A stretch of 63,980 bases of DNA, counting the filler, from Ministeria vibrans ATCC 50519 (Eukaryota; Protista; Filasterea), in the NCBI GenBank assembly GCA_943704425.1. It is 9 parts of 9 records of this genome, joined end to end, with 100 filler letters (N's around TTAATTAATTAA, not from the genome) between each part and the next. Parts side by side here need not be neighbours in the genome. Positions count along the whole stretch, not along the records: positions 23,381 to 45,614 come from CALSCP010001051.1; 8 more parts are not named here. The stretch is one strand, 5' to 3'. The stretch's first letter is position 1, and the number at the start of each line of letters is the position of its first letter. Under the pieces are notes generated by a model. The model saw nothing but the letters and a program-made list of their open reading frames with translations, ran no database searches and had not been told where the DNA came from. This document shows positions 23,555 through 37,000 of the stretch, in pieces. A program made the position numbers and the translations under genes.

Positions 23555-23675
23555 GGAGTAAATCACAATGGTCTAAACCGAGAGGAGAGGGGGACAAAGG
23601 TCGAAGAAAGTGATTGAAAGTTTTGACTTTTGAAACGTCAAACGATTAATTTTATTAGAAACTTTGAAAAGTTAT

Positions 23676-23825
23676 TCATTTCAATTGATTGCGAATGACA
23701 CTGGCGAGACGCTCAAAGGCCAAATCCATCTGTGATTCGGTAGCAGTGGAAAAAGAAGCACGTACATGCGACGACTTGCGGTTGTTGGCGAGAAATGCCT
23801 CACCGGGAACCAACAGCACATTACT

Positions 23826-23857
<32 letters not shown>

Positions 23858-24004
23858 CGTTAGTAAAGAAATTTCTTATTGTTAGTATGCTTACTTTAAC
23901 TCTGCGCATTGAGTGACAAGTGGCTGAGTGTCAGAGAGAGAGGGAATCTCAATCCAGAAGAACATCCCGGCAGTGGGAACAGACCATTTTGCCAGTGCCA
24001 CTCT

Positions 24005-24053
<49 letters not shown>

Positions 24054-24121
24054 AGTGATAGAGAGAGAGAAACAAAGTGATAGAGAGAGAGAAACAAAGT
24101 GATAGAGAGAGTGAAACAAAG

Positions 24122-24169
<48 letters not shown>

Positions 24170-26212
24170 AGTGATAGAGAGAGAGAAACAAAGTGATAGA
24201 GAGAGAAACAAAGTGATAGAGAGAAAAACAAAGTGATAGAGAGAGAGAGAGTGAAACAAAGTGATAGAGAGAGAGAAACAAAGTGATAGAGAGAGAGAAA
24301 CAAAGTGATAGAGAAAGAGAAACAAAGTGATAGAGAGAGAGAAACAAAGCGATAGAGAGAGAGAAACAAAGTGATAGAGAAAGAGAAACAAAGTGATAGA
24401 GAGAGAGAAACAAAGCGATAGAGAGAGAGAAACAAAGTGATAGAGAGAGATAGTTAGAGAGAGATAAAGAAAGGGAGTTAATATTCGGATATTAGTGAAA
24501 GAGAGAAAAAGAAAAAAATCTTTAGAGAGACAAAAACGAAACATAAACAAAGTGACAGAGGAGAAAAAATGCGAAAAGAAACATAGATGTGTGTGTGCGT
24601 GTGTGTGTGACGGTGAAGAATAAGTTTGAAAAGATGTACCCATTGTTGAGTGGGTTTTGTGCACTGAGATGTTTTTCAGCTGCGTTGCAACAGAGAGTGC
24701 GTTGGTGCTGGTAGAAGGCACAGATGTAGGCACAGTGCTGCTCAAAGCCAGAGAGTGACGACGAAGTGGTGTTGGATTCGTCGGTGTGTGTAGTGGTGGG
24801 AAGAGACCGCCATCGAGCAAAGAGAGACGATGCAATAGCCTGTGTGAGGGAGGAGGCTGGTGGAAGAAAGAGAAAGGGTCAGGAGGGTGTTGTCTTTAGG
24901 GTTAGAGGGAGGATTCCACTCGTACTGTGAAGGGTTGTGGCTTGCATGTGCAAAATAATGCTCTGCACAAACTCAGAGTGTCCTGTGATAAATCCCAATC
25001 GCAACCCGGAGGAGAGCACTTTGGACAGTGAGTCAAATCGCAAAATTCGCTCACAGTTTCTCTCAACTGACAATTCCAACAGGGAAGGAACTTTTTCGCC
25101 ATAATCTGAAACACACACACACACATAAAAAGTGAAAAGTGAGAGGCCAAAATTAAAACAATGATTCGTACTTAAGTAGAAATAAGGGTCGTCTTCAAGA
25201 ACAATCAATGAGTGTTTCTGCGCGAGAGAGAGCAAACGGACTCTGCGAGAGAGAGAGAGGGTCCCGCCATTTGGGTTTGATCCAGTCGGAACTGTGTAGA
25301 GCACACGGGGCTAATGCAATAGAATGAACTGTAAGTGCTTAATTGAGAGTGGCGAGTGAGAGTGATTGTGTGATTGAAAGTGATGGATTGAAAGTGATTG
25401 ATTGGTTGAAGAATTGAGTGTGAGTGAAAATGGTTAGTTGTTTAGATTCATCTTTATCCTTTTCGTACCTTTGGCCCTCTTTTCTGTGGGTTTGAGTCCC
25501 ACTCAGTCAAAATCTGATCCAAAACATCCACTTGCAATCCTAACACGGGAGAAGAACAATTCAAAAACAAAACAAATTCATATGAACGGTGTACCATTTT
25601 CGTCTGTTGGAATGGGCTCCAATTGCGCGTTGTACGGACCGAGAAAGGCCAGCAGACCACAGTACGTTGGATCATCCACTAGCATTGTTTCTCCCGGCGA
25701 AACCAACATTTCAATTGCTCTTGTCAGTCCGTCCTAAACAGTATTAAACAATATTATACAATAATTATATTTTTATGAATATTTTAATTGTACTTGCGAT
25801 CCGTTTGTGACGCAAATTTCCATTCCATTGTTGGGTGATACTTTGTGGTATTTCGATTGGAGTGCCCATAGTTCCTCCACAAGAGAAGGAACACCTATTG
25901 AAATTGGCATTCATGTTGTGTACATATTTTCGCGCATTTTTTATTCGCTAAATTCCAACTGTTACCTGCTGTCGGGGAGTACTGGAGTGCTGATGCAAGA
26001 GCGGAGGTTTCGAGAACAAGAGGGCCTTCGGTGGCGCCGGGGCAGACTGGCTTGAGGTCGACGGTAAGGCGCTGGAACGGGAACAGCGATGCGTTGGGCG
26101 ACCCGCCCCCGAGATTGAGCATGCCGGGACGTGACAGGTAGGGCTGCAGGGCGCGAATGGGCGAGGGGCGACGTGACAGTGACGCGGGCGTCTGGTGCGA
26201 CTGGGGGTGCAT
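23676..26212 (-). CDS. AADAT: 2-aminoadipate/kynurenine aminotransferase (PLP class I; 9 exons)
   Basis: RRPSPIRAL, LGGGSPN..FPF, ALQYSPTAG, VTNGSQ, YTVPTGSNPNG, LEDDPYFYL, RFDSLSKVLSSGLRLG, PTAGMFFW, VLLVPGEAF, VRASFS. Confidence 0.92.
24046..24450. repeat. Intronic minisatellite array, unit ~ (GA)n-AACAAAGTGATA
   Basis: About 17 near-identical ~20-24 bp units in an AADAT intron; dispersed copies occur on other contigs. Confidence 0.95.
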
Positions 26213-26613
26213 GGCGGTGCTCGCAGTCGGCTGTGCGTCCGCTACAATGCCCACAAGCGGTGTGAGTTTTTCTCGACCGCGCATTTCGCATTGGGCTGGT
26301 GCCGAGTGCGCAGAGCAAATCTACACCGTGGTAGCATGCGCTGCTGGAGTGTGGATGGCATTGCATCGCGGGAGTGCGGTGGACGCTGCTGGCAACCCCT
26401 TCTGGTGTTCCCAAGAGGCATTTTTCACATATTGAGTGCGCACGTCACACACAACACAAAGTGCATAAAAACAAAACGGCTTCTGACGACTTGCCCTCCC
26501 TCGCGAGCCATAATTGCACCGTATTGTCAGTACAAGGCAATTGAAGACGCTTGCGATGGCGGCTGTCGACAAAGTCAAAAGAGAGGTCGGAAATTTGATT
26601 CGTCGCACTCGCA

Positions 26614-26660
<47 letters not shown>

Positions 26661-27184
26661 TCTCTCTTTCCCTTGCAATGTCGACGGCGCAGGGCCGGGC
26701 AAGGGCGGTGGGGTGTCTTGGGGCCGGGGGCAGGTGCGGTGGGCGCGTGTGGGAGGAGCGGAGCGAGGGCCCATTGTGCCAGAGGGAGTGCAGTTCAAAT
26801 ATAGACCAGCGCAGCCAATCGCGTCGTCCCTGCGCTTCCTCACGCGCCAGAGGGGCCAAGAGGGGGGCTACACGCCACAAGCACGATGGCCCACTCGGGG
26901 TGGTGGTGCAGCGGCCATCGGATGGCGGTTCTGACGAAGATCTTACTTTGGATTGCGCGATGGAATCGCAACGGAGGCAACGTCACTTTGCGCATGGGGG
27001 ACTCTGTGCTGGCACGCGGCGGCTAGAAGGTTGGCAATGCCGCTGTGGGTGCAGCTGTAGGATAAATGCCGCAGTGAGTCAATGACAGACGACAAAAGTT
27101 GTTTGAAAATTGAATTATTGATTCAAAGTTTCAAAGTTTCAAACCAAATTTAACCAAAATATAATTTAATATTCATTTCCGATC

Positions 27185-29411
27185 ATGTCCGAGTTCAAGC
27201 CTCGGCCAGCGCACGGCCGCACCAACCTCGACGAGCAGGAGGACTTTGAGCAGCCGCCGTACCTGATATCGCTTCAAACACTGCTGATTTACGGCTGTAA
27301 GAACCCTGTGCGCGCCACGATCGCCGTCGCACGCCTTCTCAGTCATAGATATGCCATTGCTTGTGACGTCGTCTGACTGTTGACCGGATTTCCGTCGAGA
27401 TATTCGAAAGAAAAGAGAGAGAAAAAAAAAGCACACTTTTACAAGTCATCCGTCAAAAGCGGTCTTGGTGCGGCGGGGGCGGGCCAGCCGTGCACAGTCG
27501 CATGCAGCATGTGAGATCCGGCCAGCCCGCCGTGCTGCGTCTCGTCCCAGCGCCAAATCAAGCGACTTTTGCCAAACGATACAAAAAAAGATCGCATCTG
27601 TCGTGTTTTTTTTTTTTTTTTTTTTTTTTTGCGCTGTCTCTCTCGCTCACACGCGTTGAACCGCTCTTGTTGCAGTGTTCACCATTATTGGACACATGAG
27701 AGACCTTCTGCCGAGCTTCGGCATCAAGAAGAAGGCGGCTGAGATCCGTTTGGAGCGTCGTGCAATGCAGTCGTTTGCACCGCTCTTTGCCGACTTTGAG
27801 TCCTTCTTTGCTCGCAACATTTACGTGCGTCTGCGCATCTGCTTCAACAAGCCCATCTCGGGCTGTCCCGGCGGCCACGTCATGCTGATGGAGCGCTATA
27901 CCCCCGACCACGGCGAGACGTTCCTTCTGACGGGCCGGTCGCGTCGGGTGCTCAATCTGGCGTCGTACAACTACCTGGGCTTTGCCGAAACCAAGGGTCT
28001 CTGCGCCGACTCGGTCAAGGAGTGCATTGAAGAGTGCGGCTATGCCACGTGCAGCCCGTCGCTGCGCCTTGGCACTCACCAGCTCCACCGTGATCTCGAG
28101 ACGCTCGTGGCGCGCTTTGTGCGAAAGCCGGCGGCCGTCATTGTCGGCATGGGCTTCGCAACCAACTCCACGACCATCCCACTGTTGGCGGGCAAGGGTG
28201 ATCTGGTCATCTCGGACCAGCTCAACCATGCGTCGCTTGTGCTGGGCGTGCGTCTTTCAGGCGCCAAAGTGATGGTCTTCCAGCACAACGACATGAAGGA
28301 CCTGGAGCGCATTCTGCGGCGCGCACACGCAGAGGGACAGCCACGCACTCACCGGCCCTGGCGCAAGATTATCATCATTGTTGAAGGTACTACTATATAC
28401 TCCATTACTCTCTGTGGTTGGGCAAAGCATGACTAAATGAGAGAGATATAAGTGCGTCTGTGTGTGTGTGTGTGTGCGTCTGTGTGTGTGTGTGCGTCTG
28501 TGTGTGTGTGTGTGACGGAGTGATTGAATCAGATTTTGACACAATGTATAGGAATCTATTCGATGGAAGGAGGAATGACGCACTTGCGCGATGTGGTGCG
28601 ACTGAAGAAAAAATACAAGGCGTATCTGTATCTGGACGAAGCACACAGTATTGGCGCACTGGGGGAGAGCGGACGGGGCATTGCCGAACACACAGGTCAG
28701 TGTGTCAGTGTGTGTGTTCGAGTGTTCATGTGCGTGTTATGAGTGTGTGCCTCTGCATGTGTTCGTCGTGTGTGTGAATGAGTCAGTGTGTCTGTGTTAA
28801 GTGTGCGTGTCTGATACGATTGAGTAGGAGTTGATCCAATGGACATTGATATTATGATGGGCACATTCACAAAGTCGTTTGGTGCGTGTGGCGGGTACAT
28901 TGCATCCACACCAGAGGTAACACGCACAGGCCTCTCATTTGACTCAGATCTGAGTGTGATTGACATTGTATACCGATGTGACAGGTGATTGCGTACATTC
29001 GACGAAGACAACATGCGGCTGCGTATGCCGCAAGCATGAGCCTTCCGGTTACAATGCAGGTCAGTCGCACACCCACACACATCTCACGGAGGGAGTCAGT
29101 TGATCATATTCAGTCGCTCACTTCTCACCACCACTTGACCGTATTCGCTTACTCTTGTCTCTATCTTTTGTGCAGACCATCACATCGATGAAGATTATTG
29201 CGGGGGAGCTGGGAGGCAATGAGGGTCGTGTGCGCATCCAACAACTTGCTGAGAACTCGCGCTTCTTCCGCCAGGGTCTCAAGAACATGGGTTTTATCGT
29301 CTATGGAAACGACAACTCGCCTGTTGTTCCAATGCTTATTTTCAATCCGGGTCTGCTGTACGCTTTTGGAAAGGTACCTACTTGTCAATTTCAGTCTCTA
29401 TTCTGTGCTCA

Positions 29412-29444
<33 letters not shown>

Positions 29445-29846
29445 GAGATGGAAACGGCGGGAATTGCAGCTGTTGTGGTTGGGTTTCCGGCGACGCCACT
29501 GATTGACAGTCGTGCGCGATTTTGTGTGAGTGCGAGTCACACGCGTGCGGACTTAGAGCACGCACTGCGCGTCATTGACTTTTTGGGTGGGTTTCTGGGG
29601 CTCAAGAACTCCAATCGACCGCCGGTGAAGAGCCCGACAATTCGGGTAGACAAGCGTGTTGGTGGAAATGCAACGAAGCAGTTGGAAGGGGGTGAAACTG
29701 CAAGTGGGAGCAGCAGCAGTGCGGAGGCCACAAAGGGAAAGAAGAAGACCAAGAAGGAGAAGGAGAAGGAGAAGGAGAAGGTAGAGGAGACAGTCGAGGA
29801 AGAGCCAGTGGCAACGAAGAGGAAGAGGAAGCCCAAGAAGTACTAG
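27185..29846 (+). CDS. SPTLC2: Serine palmitoyltransferase catalytic subunit LCB2/SPTLC2 (7 exons)
   Basis: [50 protein letters not shown]|[18 protein letters not shown]-lysine motif [17 protein letters not shown]. Confidence 0.96.
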
Positions 29847-29997
29847 TGCCGATACCATCAGTGTGTGCGAAAGAGAGACCATGTGTGTGTGAATGAATTA
29901 CTTTTTTTATACGGAAACTTGAGTTCCGCTATTATTATGGATTGAGCCACTTCTATTTTGATGATCTTTTCGTTTCTATACGTTTGCTTTGTACACA

Positions 29998-32900
29998 TTA
30001 CTGCTCTCCGTAAAACCCATTGAAATTGAGCCGAAGTAACAAATCCTCAAATTGAGCCGCTCGCACACTGTTCCTTGCCAGCTTCTTCAACACTACATAC
30101 AAACAAAAGTACTCTGAGTACCAAACACTTTTTTCGCTCCCTCCCTCTCTCTCTCACACATACATACATACACGCACACGCACAAAGACCTACCTTTGAA
30201 GAGAAAGGCAACACCCGAGCGAAAGGTCTCGCGCGTGTCCATAAGACGGGCGTACTGCTCCCCGGTCCATCCCCCACCTGTCTCCTGCGTCGCGCTCACC
30301 AGCTCCAGCTGTGCGCGCAGTGCCACCACACACGAGAGTAGCACTTCCACAACGTCAAGCACTGGCCGTGCTTTGGGCGTGAGTAGTGCTCCAAACAAAA
30401 TAGTGTCGAGATAGTGATGGTGCGCCCGCAACAATCCTCCCACTCCACTCGCCTGTACGAAAAAAAAACAAACAAAAACAAAAAAACGCACACATTCATA
30501 AATTATATGTATGTACAATTAAGAAAAAGCAAGCAAAAAGCCTTTTACGTACTTGTTTGAGATCCTTTTGAAAGACCGCCCATGCAACATGGAGTGTGTG
30601 GTGGAGCACATAGGCATCGAGAACAGAGACGACATGCTCCATTTCGCGACGGAGCATGTCAATAGGGCGCAGTTGGGCGGCAGAGACTGCAGCAGAGAGC
30701 GCACGGCGTTGCAAGTGACGCCGGGTGACCAAAAGAGCGTGACGGGTGGCGCGCAGATTGACAAGAAAGCGGAAGATAGTGTTGTACTTGTCAAGGATGG
30801 TCGCGCCAAAGAGAATGCTGATGGGCCAAGGAGGAGTGTAGGTGAGTTGAAGGTGGCGCGTTGACTCGGCAGGGACCAATAGCAAAGTGGTCTTCTCGTT
30901 GGTGGTGAGGGTCAGTTGTCTGCCGTTGCTATTGCCGGTTAGAGTGTCGCGTTGCCGAGATTCAAACGTCGCGGAAGCTTCGCGGGCACGAGAGAACAGC
31001 CGCGTGAGCACCCCGCGACGACGCTCAACCGCCAAGCGATTGTTGTGGGCATGATAGCCCTGCACAGTCAGCTCCTCGACAAGCACACGAGCATAGACAC
31101 CATCGTGAAGAAGGGCGTTGTCTCGCAAAAGCGACAAATGCGACATGAGGTGGAGTTCGTCGCGAAGAAGCACAGTGCAGGCATGAGAAACGTGTTTTTG
31201 GTGCAAAACAATCATGTTGCGCACACTGCGACGAAGCATCACATCCAAAGTGGGCGCAATCGTAGACTCGGGTGGGCTACTCACAGTAGCACTTACCAAA
31301 GGAGGTGCCTCATCAAAGACGTCTAAAGAGGGTACCTCCCAGGACAATGTCGGGTCCACAGTCGCAACGCTCTCCCCTGTATCAACAACACCATGCTCTC
31401 CAACCAACTCTAGCCTCTCCTCCTCAGCAGGTCCATTTCCATCTTCCTCCTCCTCCTCCTTCTCCCCCTTTTCTTTCTCCTCCTCCTCCTCCTCCTCCTC
31501 CTCCTCCTCCTTCTTTTTCTTGCATTCCCTCTCTTCTTCACCTGCTCTTGCCATCTCTTTCACCTCCTCCACCGCTTCCTCTACTACTTCTTTTTCCACC
31601 TCTACCTCTATTTTCACCTCCTTTTCTTCCTCGTCCTCTAACCGATCTTCAGGCACTGCACCTTCCAGAATCCTCAACTTCTTTCGCTCCAGCGCCTCCA
31701 TCCTCTGTGCATGCTCTTGCAACATTCTCTCTCGTTCCGCATCCACGCGCGCCTGCAACTCCAATGCCTGTTGACGCGACGCAGCCTCCTCCGCGTCCAG
31801 CTGCGCCTGCTCAGCGGCTCGCACTGTGCGCCTCTCCTCAAGATGTGCCTCAATCTCGTCGCGTTGCTCTTGTTTCTCTCGCTCCTGTTCGCGCGCAACC
31901 TGCGCTCGTTCCATATCTATGCGTGCCTTGACACGCGCCTGTGACGCTTCCATCATCAGCGCAATCGACTCTGTCGTGTGCCCAGCCGCACCGCCCTCAC
32001 GAGCACGCACGGCAGCTCGCGCGCGTCGCTCATAGTCAAAGCGCGTCTCACGTTGGAACTGGTTCAGGTGTGCCTCGCAGCGTGCAAGGGCGTCATGGTG
32101 GTCCAATAGCAACATCACGGGTGCATCATGGCGCCAGGCCAGTGGGTGAGTGCTGTCGTGGCGCGTCAACAAATGCACACTGCGACCCACGTCCAACAGA
32201 AGATGCGCAACGGAGCGTAGAAACACGGGAACACTGTCGAGACTCAGCGAGAAGGCTCGCAGCCAGTAGAGATCTGACAATGCGTGCACATGTTCCGACG
32301 CCACACGCACAATGCCACTCGAAGGATCGCCGCGAAAGACCCAGTCGGAGACGCGTTGAACGTACGGCGCAAGAGCGGCAACAAACAGTCGATGGAGAGC
32401 GGGTGCGTCGCGCGCGTTGCAGCACTGGGTGTGCTCGTAAATGCGACTCAGTAGATCCGCGTCGCTCAGCAGGCTCTTCTCTCCAACGGCTGCCAAAAGC
32501 GCGTCAATTTGCTGCGCAAGTGGACGAACCGCAAGAGACAGGTGCAGTGGAGAGGGCCCTCTCGCAAGTTGAGCATACATTTGCTGACGGTAGTGCAGCA
32601 GATAGGCTCGCAATGAGTGAGCCACAGCGCTGCTCACGCCCGCCTGGGGTCGGCCATGCACCGCTTGTCGAGACGCGCGCATGCCGCTCTCCTGAAACTG
32701 CAGCGCGCGACGTTCAAGATGCGCCACAGAGGAACCGCACGAGGCAAACTCGGCGAGAAGGTGACGGTCCGACGCCGACAGAGAGACGTAGTCGCACAGC
32801 TGAAAGGCATCGCGAGACAACGACCATTCAAAACACGCACTGCCCACACCCATGAGCACGTGAACAATGGCACGCAGCAACCCAACGCTGTCGTCTGTGT

Positions 32901-33930
32901 CCAACAGAGAAAAGCCGGTCACCATCGTCCAATGTTCGGCCGATGTTTCGCTCAAAAAACGATTATCTCTCGGGAGGGCGCCGTCGACCTTGACCTCCTC
33001 CCGCATGGGTTGTTGCTGCTCTTCTTCCGGCTGCTGCTGTTGTTGATAATGATGATGATAGTAATGATTGTGGTGGTGGTGAGGGTGCCGTGGGAGTGGA
33101 GGCAACTGCAAGGTCATGAGGTTTGCATCGTCGATGTGCGCACGACGTTGCACCAGTGCATCGAGAAGGAGAGGCGGTTGGTCGGCAAGCCTGGCGCTGC
33201 TCGTGAGTTGAAAAAATGATTTCATGGATGTCAAAGAAGAAGAAGAAGATGTGCGTGCGGCATGGCGCGCTGCATCACCAGAGTCGAGAGGCAGAAGGCG
33301 CGACGTGCCATTCAGCAAGTCGGCGGAAAAAGAGGAGTACACTGGTGCTGCACCGTTGACCAGGGCCAGTCGACGCTCCACAGTCTCCTGGTGAATGCCC
33401 AGTGCAACCCGATCTTCTGGGTTCGTCGACGACGCTCGATGAAAGACACCTTTGGGCTACGCAAAAGGCAGGGTCAACGACACACACACTCGAGTGTGAT
33501 GCACTAATAACTGTTTCTCTTCACCAAAATACTGCCAAGGAGACACTGCTCGTCTTGGTGGCAGGCGTTCTCTTTGGCAACGACGCACGCAAGAAAGTTG
33601 AGAAGGTGCGGGGAGGTGGAGGCGAGACGGTCGGCGAGAATGTCGATACGGTCGGCAGTGACCGTTTGGTTGTGTCGTCGCAAGTCAAACGTTCGCTGAG
33701 TGACTGTGCGGAGAGACGCATCCACATCCTACACGCGAAAGAGCAAGAGAAGAGCCCAAAAGTGAATGGGTAGCGCAGCACAGCAGGTCACGTACGGGCA
33801 GTGGAGGCGTCTGGGCGAGGAGCGAAGTGAACGCCACCGAACGCAGTCTGGCCGACGATTTACCGCCGTTCAAACTTCGCACAAGCTGACGCACCAGGGT
33901 AGGCACATCGTCACACCTATCTGTGACCAT
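29998..33930 (-). CDS. TUBGCP6: Gamma-tubulin complex component 6 (5 exons)
   Basis: GRIP1/GRIP2 motifs separated by a long coiled-coil/E-rich insert; LTYTPPWPISI, KYNTIFRFL; C-terminus FEDLLLRLNFNGFY matches GCP6 LEDFLLRINFN. Confidence 0.85.
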
Positions 33931-33976
33931 CTCAGCTGGACAGCCAAGAGGAAGAAGTGACTGCGATATAAAAAGT

Positions 33977-33993
33977 TTTGAAATTGGCGCCAA
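33977..33993 (-). promoter_or_regulatory. Candidate E2F + CHR (DREAM-type) composite in the 156-bp GCP6/DNA-PKcs bidirectional promoter
   Basis: Minus strand reads TTGGCGC-CAAT-TTCAAA (E2F site, 4-nt spacer, TTYRAA). Confidence 0.4.
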
Positions 33994-34086
33994 GTAAAAC
34001 TCCCAAACTCAGTTCTCATTTCTCACTTGACACTTCCGACTTGTTTGTTCTCTTTCTTCTCACAATTGTTTTTTTTTTTTTGATCA

Positions 34087-37000
34087 ATGGCCGACCATCT
34101 GGCCTCGTTCGTGGCCGGCCTGTTTGAGGTCTCGGCCAGCGCTGGGTCGCTCGATCGACCCCAACAAGCGGAACAGCTTGCGCAGAACATCGCCGAAACT
34201 GCTTTGCGCACCGCGTCTTCGACCGAAGCAGGTGCGCACTACACACTGGGGCGTCTCTATGCCGTCCTCTGCCTTCCGCTGCCTTCCCTGTCTTTTTCGT
34301 GTTTCGCGTTCGTTCGCTCTTCGTTCTCACTATCGTCTCACTCTCCCTCCGCGTCCCAGGTCGATATGCGACGATTCTCTTTGGTGACGACAAGAACATC
34401 CTGCATTATATCTCTCAGAGCACGAAGACGGGCACAAGCAGTCGCGCGGCTGGCTCTGAGAACTACGAAGCGGCCGTTGTTGTCTTGCTGACCTTCATTG
34501 GTCGCTTCACCGAGAAGAACGAGCTCACCATCAAGGATCACGCCGTCGACATTCATGTAGGTGTTGCTCGAGGGTCACAGCCGGAGCGTTGTGGCTCACT
34601 CTTTCTTTGTTTTGTTGTTGTTTTTTTTATGGTTTAGACAACGTGTCGTAACGTTTTTAACACTTCCTGTTCAGCAAAGATCCAAACTGCCTCTCTCAAC
34701 TGCCTCGCTTCGCTGTTCCCCTGTCTCGCCAAGCTGCACGCCTCGGAACTCGAACCGTATAACATCGGCACCACCTTCTGGGACTTTATCAACGCACTCT
34801 ACTCCAAGACGGTCAAAGGTGTTCTCGGTACGACCACTCAGGCGAAATAGTACAAGACGTGATTGAAATGCATTTAGTGAAGCACGCTTTACTCTCCACA
34901 CTCGCTGTCATGGTGGAACACTTCGAAAACCCTGTGAAACCGGCGGGCCGTGCAGACGCTGTGCGTGGCCAGGGCGACGATCGTGTGCCCCAGCCATTGG
35001 CTCTCATGCGCTACGCTCTGAACACCCTCACGACGGAGTTTCAGAAGAACGTCCAAAAAATGGAGCTTAAGCTCATTGCTGGCTGTTTCATTGCTATCAC
35101 CGGCTACATTGTTCGTTACAATCTCGATGGTACACACACACACAAAAAGGAAAGAAGTCTCATCTCTTTTTTTCTCAATTTGTTCCTTCATTTTAGACTT
35201 TCATCAGCGTGACGAGATATTTAAGCATGTGTTCGCAGCGCTGACGCCGCAGGAGATACAAGTGACGCGCTATGACATGCCCCGTGCGGCGCTGAGGCTT
35301 CTTGCCAAGCATGCCGAGCAGTTTGCGTCCAATGTGACAGCCGCCGCGGAGGGTCTTTACTTGCGCTTGCGCAGTTGGTACCTTCACGCGAACAAGGACG
35401 TCAAGTACGACGCTCGCGACGCCATGGATTCAGTGGTCTGCGTGGTTGCTCGTGACATTGCTTCTCGTGCAACTCCCATTGCTCAGGATGAGACCAACTA
35501 CCGCATCTTCATGTCCAGGTTTCAAGCTATCATGGCTCAGTCGGATGCCACTCCCCGCGAAGTCTCACTTGCCATTCGTGGCTTTGGTTACTTTGCTGGT
35601 CCCTGCTCGCGTCTCAATCCTCCCGACCTTGCTGTCATATTTAACGGTATTTCCGGAAAGGTACAAAGCTAATATCCATCACACAATAGCAGAAACAACA
35701 ACAGCAACAAGAACAACACAAGAACAATAATAATATTATAATCATAATGACAATAACATGAACAAGAACAAGAACAACAAGAACAACAACAACAACAACA
35801 ACAACAACACAAGAAGAAGAACAACAAGAAGAACAACAAGAAGAACAATAATAATAATACTAATATAATAATAATAATAATACTACTACTACTACTACTA
35901 CTACTAATAATAATAATAATAACAATAGAAGAAAAAGACCTTTATGTTTAAAATATTATATTTCAACTATGCCTGTATAACGTTTTAGTGGAAAACTAAA
36001 TTATTTTGTGCTTCTTTTTCTCTTTTCTCTTTCTCTTGTTTTTGTTTGTGCTAGGCCGAGCAGTTGTATGTTCGAGCGCGCGACGTGGGACCTGGCGATC
36101 GCTATAGCGACGATGGTGTCGCGTACATTTCGTGCTACCTCGAGGCGCTCGCGAGCATTGTGGCCGTGATGCCAATGCTTAGCGACAGCGCACAACAGTC
36201 ACTCAATCGTCTGTTCATTTTCAGCTTTCACGTCTATCCTCAGTTGGGCACTCAGTCGCAGCGTCGTGACTGTCGAAACAGTCTCACATCACTTCTTGTG
36301 GCACTTCATCGCAGTCAACCCGTGAGCATCCGATCCTTCCTGGAGGATGTTGTCTTCCAGTGTCTCCTACGCTCTTGCTCCTGTCCCTTGCCACAGTCGT
36401 CGGCATCCGAGCTTAACCGCACCAACAGCGACGACCCAACCATTGTTACAGATACACCCACATGGACACCGAGTGATCAGGCGCGCGTGCCCACCCACCG
36501 CGATTTTCTCCCTATGTGGAAGTCTATTCTCATGCCGTACATCAAGCCCGGCACGGGTTTCTTTGCCAACGACATGTCAAATGCAACACGCGAACTCTCA
36601 CTGCTTGCCTTTGAGGTTTACATTCGCTCACTCTTGCGTGTTGTCTCCAAACTTAATCTTCAAGTTTTGGCAGACGGTCAAGTCGAAAACAACACCGACA
36701 ACAACAACAACAACGACAACAACAACAATAACATCAGCAGCAGTCCAAGTGCTGATGTTGCTGCTGACGACTCGACAGCTGACCCGTCCGAACCCACGTG
36801 TCCCGCCAATATCCCCGACTTTGTCATTTTCCTCAACCTGGTGGGCCTCAGTGAGGTGCTTCTCGAGGAACTGCCCAGCGACCGCTTTGAACACCTCACA
36901 CCGATCCTGTGTGAACAGCTCGTTTGTTTGTCCAACACCCATCCACTTTTGTCGGGCTTCTACACCCTTACCTCGATTAGTGTTCGTCGTTGTGGCCAGT

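Noticed and set aside
24046-24450. CRISPR-like array
   Set aside because: The spacers are only variable (GA)n, the array is intronic in a eukaryotic gene, and there are no cas genes.
26260-27085. Overlapping ORFs between AADAT and SPT
   Set aside because: No recognisable motifs and no consistent splice model; cannot support a gene call.
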